A stretch of DNA of 32,000 bases from an uncultured Mollicutes bacterium (GTDB taxonomy: Bacteria > Bacillota_I > Bacilli_A > RF39 > UBA660): positions 1-32,000 of the forward strand of contig CAMFOH010000003.1 of assembly GCA_945969495.1 (NCBI GenBank), read 5' to 3'. The position numbers and the translations under genes were made by a program. Under the pieces are notes generated by a model. It ran no database searches and was not told the origin of the DNA. It worked only from the letters and a program-made list of their open reading frames with translations. Shown piece by piece: positions 1 to 5,106 of this stretch (its first letter is position 1; each line of letters begins with the position of its first letter).

Positions 1-4
1 TGCA

Positions 5-847
5 ATGGTTTGCCCAAAATGTGGAAGACAATTAAAAGTAGTAAAAAAAGAAGAAATATCAGCTTCAGAAAAAAGCAGCGAAGCTAAATATGATGAATCA
101 AGTAAGTTTTATGCTAAAGCATGGTTTATGTGGGTAATGCTTATAATCTTTGCTCCAGTAGGAATTTTCTTAATGTGGAAGTTTCATCCAGAAATGAAAA
201 AGAACACAAAAATAATTCTAACTGTTGTATTTGCAATACTATTTTTAGCTATCGCATTTGGAGGAAATAGTGATGAAACAACTACAAACAATAACAGTTC
301 AAACTCAAATAGTAATACAAATACGGTAAGTAAGGTAAAAGTTGAAGTAATTGACTTTAGTGGTATGTCAGAAAGCGAAATATTGACTTGGTGTAAAGAG
401 AAAAATTTAAATTGTGATTTTAAAAGAGAATATTCAGACACTGTAGCAAAAGATGGTTACATAAAACAAAGTGTTAATGCAACTGAACAAGTTACAGAGG
501 GCAGTAAAATAACTATTACTTATTCATTAGGAAAAGAACCTACTACTGAACAAAAGAATGCATTAAGAAAAGCTGAATCTTATGCCAAAACTATGCACAT
601 GTCAAAACAAGGTATTTATGATCAATTAACATCTGAATATGGAGAAGGTTTTGATAAAGAAGCCGCTCAATATGCTATTGATAATATTGAATGGGATTGG
701 AATGCCAATGCACTAGCAAAAGCTAAATCATATAGGGATACAATGAGTATGTCTAAAAATAGAATTTACGATCAATTAATATCACAATATGGAGAAAAAT
801 TTACTAAAGAAGAAGCTCAATATGCTATTGACCATTTAGATGATTAA
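5..847 (+). CDS. Membrane-anchored surface protein: N-terminal zinc-ribbon (CPKCG), one TM helix, Asn/Ser-rich linker, PASTA-like domain, two tandem Ltp-like (host cell surface-exposed lipoprotein, PF07553-type) repeats
   Basis: Long ORF. MVCPKCG lies at the N-terminus and a hydrophobic segment (WFMWVMLIIFAPVGIFLMW) follows. VEVIDFSGMSESEILTWCKEKNL...GSKITITYSLG fits the PASTA pattern. Two repeats of the form A..YA.TMHMSK.GIYDQL.S.YGE.F.KE.AQYAID are typical of the Ltp family. The start sits 4 nt from the window edge, so an upstream extension cannot be excluded. Confidence 0.8.
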   Translation: MVCPKCGRQLKVVKKEEISASEKSSEAKYDESSKFYAKAWFMWVMLIIFAPVGIFLMWKFHPEMKKNTKIILTVVFAILFLAIAFGGNSDETTTNNNSSNSNSNTNTVSKVKVEVIDFSGMSESEILTWCKEKNLNCDFKREYSDTVAKDGYIKQSVNATEQVTEGSKITITYSLGKEPTTEQKNALRKAESYAKTMHMSKQGIYDQLTSEYGEGFDKEAAQYAIDNIEWDWNANALAKAKSYRDTMSMSKNRIYDQLISQYGEKFTKEEAQYAIDHLDD

Positions 848-895
848 AATTGATAGTCTTTGATAAACGATTATAGATTATGATATTAATATAGG

Positions 896-920
896 AGATT
901 ACCTAAAAGGTAGTCTTTTT
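896..920 (+). terminator. Rho-independent terminator after the first CDS
   Basis: Stem AGATTACC (896-903) pairs with GGTAGTCT (909-916), with one G-U pair. Loop is TAAAA, followed by a T-run. Confidence 0.65.
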
Positions 921-971
921 CTATGATTTTAAGAACTTACTAAAAAATTGCGAAAAATCGTCAAAAAAGTA

Positions 972-995
972 TTTTAGATACCTTTTTAGATACCT
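972..995 (+). repeat. Perfect tandem duplication of the 12-mer TTTTAGATACCT (2 units)
   Basis: 972-983 and 984-995 are identical. The same pair occurs at 3753-3776. Confidence 0.95.
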
Positions 996-1049
996 TCTGC
1001 TAGGTTTCCCAAGTGCTGTCGGAAGCTCCCAAGTGCATTCAATAGCTGA

Positions 1050-1145
1050 AAAAAGCCACAAAATGCTCTGGAAAGCCACCGAAAAACCCACTATAAAAAG
1101 CCATGTGGAAGTGGACGCAAATATAAGCAATGTTGTGGCAAATAA
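1050..1145 (+). pseudogene. Start-less gene 3' fragment encoding a SEC-C (SecA C-terminal zinc-finger type) tail, copy A
   Basis: 1101-1145 translates to PCGSGRKYKQCCGK followed by a stop. The frame is open only back to the TGA at 1047-1049 (KKPQNALESHRKTHYKK...). There is no ATG or RBS. Confidence 0.7.
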
Positions 1146-1146
1146 G

Positions 1147-1185
1147 CCCACAAACCTGCATAGAATAAGGGATTGCGGGTTTTTC
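1147..1185 (+). terminator. Possible terminator after SEC-C fragment A
   Basis: Imperfect stem CCCACAA (1147-1153) with TTGCGGG (1173-1179), one mismatch and a long loop, followed by TTTTT. Confidence 0.4.
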
Positions 1186-1227
1186 TATGATTGAAATTTT
1201 TAGGTAATTAAGCCTCAAAAAAGGCAA

Positions 1228-1249
1228 TTAGATAAGTTTTAGATAAGTT
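1228..1249 (+). repeat. Perfect tandem duplication of the 11-mer TTAGATAAGTT (2 units)
   Basis: 1228-1238 and 1239-1249 are identical. A related pair (TAGATAAGTT twice, period 12) lies at 2301-2322. Confidence 0.9.
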
Positions 1250-1326
1250 TTTTATCAATTTGGAATACTTTTTTAGATTACAAAATATTAATATTCCAAA
1301 AATTATAATAAATACTTTTGATTACA

Positions 1327-1335
1327 TGATATAAT
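1327..1335 (+). promoter_or_regulatory. Extended -10 promoter element (TGATATAAT) for the lipoprotein gene
   Basis: TGnTATAAT match about 20-30 nt upstream of the start codon. Confidence 0.5.
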
Positions 1336-1352
1336 GATAATGAAAGGAGTAT

Positions 1353-2222
1353 ATGATTTGTATGTCAAAAAAAATTATTAGTTTATTTTTACTTATTGTT
1401 ATGGTATTTGGACTAACAGCATGTGGAAAAAGTGAAGATAATGGAGGTTCTAATTCAATAGCAAGTAAAGAACTTAAAGCAAGTGATTTATCAATAGAAG
1501 ATTTTAAATGGGAAACAAATTCAAGCAAATGTAATGGTTATGACTGCTATGTAGTGTCTTTAACTAACAATTCTAAATATGATATTATCGGTGTTGACTT
1601 TTCATATAAAGTAAAAGATAGTGTTTCAGAAAGCCAACTAAATGTCTATGATAAATTCATGAAAGACCACGACGGATACATAGAAGAAGATGATTCTCCA
1701 AAAGATGTAACATTAGGAGCAAACAAAAATGTATTAGTTCAAAAAGGCGAACAAATAAGTGGTTTAAATTTGACCGTAGGCTTTAAAAATTGGTTTTGGT
1801 ATGATTACCCTACTGATGAACAATTTAACCTTATGGAACCAAAAGAACTTCAAATTGGAATAGTAAGTGGTAATAAATTATATATTGCTTATTATAACTT
1901 CAAAGGCAAGTCTTGGAAATTAGATAAAAAAACAGTTGTAGTTGATGAGTGGACAAAAAATGAAATAGGTAAAAAACTTAATAAGCCTAACGGACAACAT
2001 TTTGTTGTAAAAACTGATGATGATGAAGAATTTGAAATATATTCATACGGTGTTACAAAAGATATGTATAAAGAATATGTTCAAAACTTAAAAACATCAG
2101 GTTTCAACGAAGACGATTCTTATTCATCACATTTCGAAGGAACAAACTCTGATGGCTATACAGTTGAAGTTTACCATTATGAAAATGAAAAAACTTTAAG
2201 TATAAGCATTGAAAAAGAATAA
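1353..2222 (+). CDS. Lipoprotein of unknown function
   Basis: Signal peptide with lipobox LTAC (..LLIVMVFGLTACGK). GGAG at 1346-1349. The ATG at 1362 (MSKKIISL..) has better spacing than 1353 and may be the real start. Confidence 0.8.
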   Translation: MICMSKKIISLFLLIVMVFGLTACGKSEDNGGSNSIASKELKASDLSIEDFKWETNSSKCNGYDCYVVSLTNNSKYDIIGVDFSYKVKDSVSESQLNVYDKFMKDHDGYIEEDDSPKDVTLGANKNVLVQKGEQISGLNLTVGFKNWFWYDYPTDEQFNLMEPKELQIGIVSGNKLYIAYYNFKGKSWKLDKKTVVVDEWTKNEIGKKLNKPNGQHFVVKTDDDEEFEIYSYGVTKDMYKEYVQNLKTSGFNEDDSYSSHFEGTNSDGYTVEVYHYENEKTLSISIEKE

Positions 2223-2300
2223 ACATAAAACTATAAAAAAAAACCACTTTTTTTCTTTGATTGGGAAATTAAGATAATGTGATATATTAAATAAATTTTT

Positions 2301-2322
2301 TAGATAAGTTTTTAGATAAGTT
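2301..2322 (+). repeat. Tandem TAGATAAGTT direct repeat (2 units, period 12)
   Basis: 2301-2310 and 2313-2322 are identical. Same motif as 1228-1249. Confidence 0.85.
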
Positions 2323-2363
2323 GTATGAAAAAAAACTTACAATTTATCAATAAAAAATTATAA

Positions 2364-2468
2364 ATTTTAAATAAAAAAACCCAATTTAAAAGTAAAAAAT
2401 TACCTGGTTGTTTTAATATTTTACCATGTGGCAGTGGTAAGAAATATAAACAATGTTGTGGAAGATAA
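2364..2468 (+). pseudogene. Start-less SEC-C tail fragment, copy B
   Basis: 2424-2468 translates to PCGSGKKYKQCCGR followed by a stop. The open frame reaches back only to the TAA at 2361-2363 (..KKTQFKSKKLPGCFNIL..) and has no start codon. Relative to copy A it carries an in-frame 33-nt insertion. Confidence 0.7.
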
Positions 2469-2480
2469 TAAAAACGCCCA

Positions 2481-2507
2481 AAAAACCCAATAAATACGGG
2501 TTTTTTT
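2481..2507 (+). terminator. Rho-independent terminator after SEC-C fragment B
   Basis: Stem AAAAACCC (2481-2488) pairs with GGGTTTTT (2498-2505). Loop is 9 nt, with a T-run. Confidence 0.55.
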
Positions 2508-2532
2508 AATTTTCCGAATACTTCAGAATATA

Positions 2533-2625
2533 CTTTAGATACCTTTTTGGATACCTTCCGATGAGTATCTAAAAGGTATCTAGATACCCTTTTTAGGTGT
2601 AAATTCGCAATTTTTTAGCAAGATT
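2533..2625. repeat. Rearranged copy of the 5' part of element R: one + oriented 12-mer pair followed by an inverted copy. Includes a perfect 14-bp palindrome.
   Basis: CTTTAGATACCT/TTTTGGATACCT at 2533-2556. GAGTATCTAAAA plus GGTATCTAGATACC (2575-2588, self-complementary). TTCGCAATTTTTTAG (about 2604-2618) is the reverse complement of CTAAAAAATTGCGAA at 940-954. Confidence 0.8.
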
Positions 2626-2765
2626 TTAAAATGCACTATTTCCTTTATTTATAAGGGATTGTAAGTAATTTTGCTTAGTTAGAATATAGAATTTTGTCCA
2701 TTATCAAAGTGACATAGATAAAAATTTTAAGAATAATAATATAAATATAATTTTTTGTATTTTTG

Positions 2766-2774
2766 TGCTATAAT
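2766..2774 (+). promoter_or_regulatory. Extended -10 promoter element (TGCTATAAT)
   Basis: TGnTATAAT match about 50 nt upstream of the ATG at 2826. AAGGAG RBS at 2811-2816. Confidence 0.5.
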
Positions 2775-2825
2775 TAATGTAGAGTAGTTGAAACTTGTCA
2801 TTTCAAAATAAGGAGTGTGTAGTAT

Positions 2826-3629
2826 ATGGCAATGATTAAATGTCCAAAATGTGATAAAGAAATATCAGACAAGGCAGTGAAATGTGTTCATTGTGGTCAA
2901 GAGTTAATTGAAAAAACAAATTTATTTTGTAGTGAGTGTGGAACTGAAATAAAAGATAATGAAGATATATGTAGCAAGTGTGGATGTCCTATTGATCGAA
3001 AAAAAGATTCTGAACCACAAAAAGTAGAAGTCACTGGAGTAAAAATAGGAAATGGTATTCCAAAGAAAAAAATAATAATAATTGGAGTTATTATAGTATT
3101 ACTTGTATTTGGATTTGTAGCAATAAAAAATAATAGTGATAAAAAGAAAGCAGAAGAATTGAGCAGTCAGTATAAAAGTAATTTAAGTACAATTACATTT
3201 AAGATGTTAAGTGGTGCTGCAGAAGCTGAAACATGTGGAAATAAAATAAAAAAAGTATGGTCCAATACAATATGGGAAGATGATGATCCAGAAACAGATA
3301 AATATACTAAAACTAATGGAATATTTAATGATGATTTTAATGATTCTTTAACTGCATTATTTACTGATTCTGATTTTAAAAAGATAACAGATAGTGTTGA
3401 GGAAAATCAAGGTGAAGTAAATAAGCTTATGAGGGAGATGAAGAATCCGCCGGAAGAATGGTCAGATGCTTATCGTGATCTAAAGGATTATTATGATGAT
3501 TATTTAACATTAACCAATTTGTGTACAAATCCAAGCGGAAGTTTACAGACATACTCGACAAATTTTAGTAATGCAGACACTGATGCATTAAATGGATATA
3601 ATAAGGTTAAGTCATATTTAGATTACTAG
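2826..3629 (+). CDS. Double zinc-ribbon / single-TM membrane protein with an extracytoplasmic domain of unknown function
   Basis: CPKCDK...CVHCG and CSECG...CSKCGC motifs, a TM helix (IIIIGVIIVLLVFGFVAI), a good RBS, and a terminator directly after the stop. Confidence 0.8.
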   Translation: MAMIKCPKCDKEISDKAVKCVHCGQELIEKTNLFCSECGTEIKDNEDICSKCGCPIDRKKDSEPQKVEVTGVKIGNGIPKKKIIIIGVIIVLLVFGFVAIKNNSDKKKAEELSSQYKSNLSTITFKMLSGAAEAETCGNKIKKVWSNTIWEDDDPETDKYTKTNGIFNDDFNDSLTALFTDSDFKKITDSVEENQGEVNKLMREMKNPPEEWSDAYRDLKDYYDDYLTLTNLCTNPSGSLQTYSTNFSNADTDALNGYNKVKSYLDY

Positions 3630-3648
3630 AAATTAGTAATCTTTTTTT
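3620..3648 (+). terminator. Rho-independent terminator
   Basis: Perfect 9-bp stem AGATTACTA (3620-3628) with TAGTAATCT (3634-3642). Loop is GAAAT, followed by a T-run at 3643-3648. Confidence 0.75.
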
Positions 3649-3711
3649 AAAAAATGTTGAATAAAAGACATAGCAAACTTTTTGTGTTATGTTCAATAAA
3701 TATAATGAAAT

Positions 3712-3926
3712 AGGAATTTGCTAAAAAATCACGAAAAATCGTTAAAAAAGTATTTTAGATACCTTTTTAGATACCTTCTGCTAGATTTCCAAAGTGCTGT
3801 CGGAAGCTCCCAAGTGCATTCAAGAGCAAAAAAGGACCACAAAATGCTCTCAAGAACTCCCAAAAATCCCAAATTACAAGCCATGTGGTTCGGGCAGAAA
3901 AATATAAACAATGCTGTGGAAAATAA
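3712..3926 (+). repeat. Repeat element R, copy C (paralogue of 931-1145), immediately upstream of prfB
   Basis: See copy A. Contains the perfect tandem 12-mer at 3753-3776 and a frameshifted SEC-C tail. Confidence 0.9.
3785..3926 (+). pseudogene. Start-less, frameshifted SEC-C tail fragment, copy C
   Basis: The frame is open from the TAG at 3782-3784: ISKVLSEAPKCIQEQKRTTKCSQELPKIPNYKPCGSGRKI followed by a stop. Removing one A from the A-run at about 3896-3901 restores ...RKYKQCCGK and a stop at 3924-3926. Confidence 0.65.
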
Positions 3927-3946
3927 TCCCAGTGTTTTTTTGTGTT

Positions 3947-3981
3947 TTGACATGTTATTAATACATTATTTATGATATAAT
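3947..3981 (+). promoter_or_regulatory. Candidate prfB promoter: extended -10 TGATATAAT (3973-3981), with TTGACA (3947-3952) at non-canonical 23-nt spacing
   Basis: Motif match only. The 5' UTR would be short, with the AGGTGA RBS at 3989-3994. Confidence 0.4.
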
Positions 3982-3998
3982 GAATAATAGGTGATTAT

Positions 3999-5106
3999 AT
4001 GGCAATTACAAATAAGAATATTTTATTATTAGAAGAAAAATTCAAACAAATATGGAGTTGTCTTTGACGTATTAAAAAAACAAGAAAGAATAGCTTCATT
4101 AAATGAAAAAATATCTAATCCTAATATATGGAATAATCCATCAGAAGCAGAAACTTTGACTAAAGAAATGAATGAATTAAAAGAAATAGTTAATCCATTA
4201 TTAATGCTGAAAGAAAATATAGATACTCTTAAACAATATGGGGAGTTCAATGAGATTGATTTAGATGATGATATGAATAAAGAATTTGAAAAATTATATT
4301 TTGATTCTAAAACAGTATTAGAAGAACAAGAAATTTTAACTTATTTTAGTGGTGAGTTTGATAATAATGATGCAATTTTTGAGATACATGCAGGAGCAGG
4401 AGGAACAGAAAGTTGTGATTGGGCACAAATGCTAGAAAGAATGTACTTGAAATATTTTGATAAAAAAGGTTTTAAACATGAACTAGTTGATGTCCAGCCA
4501 GGAGAAGAAGTTGGAATTAAAAGTGTAGTATATATAGTGAAAGGCAATTTTTCTTATGGTTATTTAAAAAATGAAAAAGGAGTCCATCGTTTAGTTAGGT
4601 TATCACCATTTGATTCAAACAATAGAAGACATACATCTTTTGCAGCGGTTGATGTCATTCCAGAATTTGATTCTGATATACAGGTAGAAATAAATGATTC
4701 TGATATAAGAATTGATGTATATAGAAGTAGTGGCGCAGGCGGACAAGGTGTTAATACTACTGATAGTGCTGTAAGAATTACTCATCTTCCAACGGGTATT
4801 GTTGTTACTTGTCAAAACGAAAGAAGCCAAATAAAAAACAAGGAAATTGCTTTAAAGGTATTAAAAAGTAAGCTTTATCAAATTAAATTAAAAGAAAATC
4901 AAAGTAAAATTGATAATATGAAAAGTTCTAATAGTAATATAGAGTTTGGATCACAAATAAGAAGCTATGTGCTTCATCCTTATTCTTTAATAAAAGACCA
5001 TAGAACTGGATATGAGACTTCTAATGTTAATAAAGTATTAGATGGAAATATAGATGAATTTATAGATAGTTATCTAAGAAAGGAAAGAAAAGATGAAACT
5101 ATTTAA
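3999..5106 (+). CDS. prfB: Peptide chain release factor 2, requiring a programmed +1 ribosomal frameshift at 4062-4068
   Basis: Frame 0 from 3999 to 4064 reads MAITNKNILLLEEKFKQIWSCL, then the in-frame TGA at 4065-4067. Skipping T4065 continues DVLKKQERIASLNEKISNPNIWNNPSEAETLTKEMNELK... in the frame of the tracked ORF 4156-5106. The SPF motif (LSPFDS) and GGQ motif (GAGGQGVN) are present. Confidence 0.93.
4054..4068 (+). promoter_or_regulatory. RF2 autoregulatory +1 frameshift site (SD-like GGAG, then CTT TGA C)
   Basis: GGAG at 4054-4057, a 4-nt spacer, and CTTTGAC at 4062-4068. This matches the canonical CUU UGA C slippery/stop context. Confidence 0.9.

Larger units (their letters stand above)
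931..1145 (+). repeat. Repeat element R, copy A. Paralogue of 3712-3926, with the same length and an offset of 2781 nt.
   Basis: By eye, 940-1046 versus 3721-3827 shows about 6 mismatches in 107 nt. The remaining roughly 100 nt is much more diverged, with two compensating 1-nt indels. Contains a perfect tandem 12-mer and a SEC-C tail fragment. Confidence 0.9.

Noticed and set aside
184-441. Minus-strand 85-aa ORF inside the first CDS. Similar antisense or alternate-frame ORFs occur at 4029-4250, 4341-4547, 4615-4830, 9416-9649, 10211-10456, 10524-10748, 13395-13682, 13833-14054, 18348-18599, 18792-19061, 20164-20415, 22444-22704, 23866-24126, 27040-27249, 27342-27569 and 28491-28685.
   Set aside because: All lie entirely within strongly supported + strand genes. 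They have low-complexity or hydrophobic junk-like translations and no RBS. Such shadow ORFs are expected opposite real genes.
1039-1227. Minus-strand 62-aa ORF overlapping the end of repeat copy A
   Set aside because: It has no counterpart in copy C or B, no RBS, and runs through the terminator hairpin.
2236-2256. A-run/T-run (AAAAAAAACCACTTTTTTT) after the lipoprotein gene as a terminator
   Set aside because: The stem would consist almost only of A-T pairs around a 4-nt loop, which is too weak to call. Termination may instead rely on downstream structures.
972-2588. Possibility that the TAGATACC/TAGATAAG tandem repeats are a small CRISPR array
   Set aside because: Each locus has only two directly abutting 11-12-nt units and no spacers. 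The units are far shorter than CRISPR repeats, and no cas genes are present.
3718-3975. The + strand 85-aa ORF across repeat copy C, and the short + strand ORF starting at ATG 1063 in copy A
   Set aside because: There is no RBS. The reading frame is not the one that carries the recognisable SEC-C motif. The frame is maintained only through two compensating indels, which preserve all frames equally. I treat it as non-coding repeat sequence.
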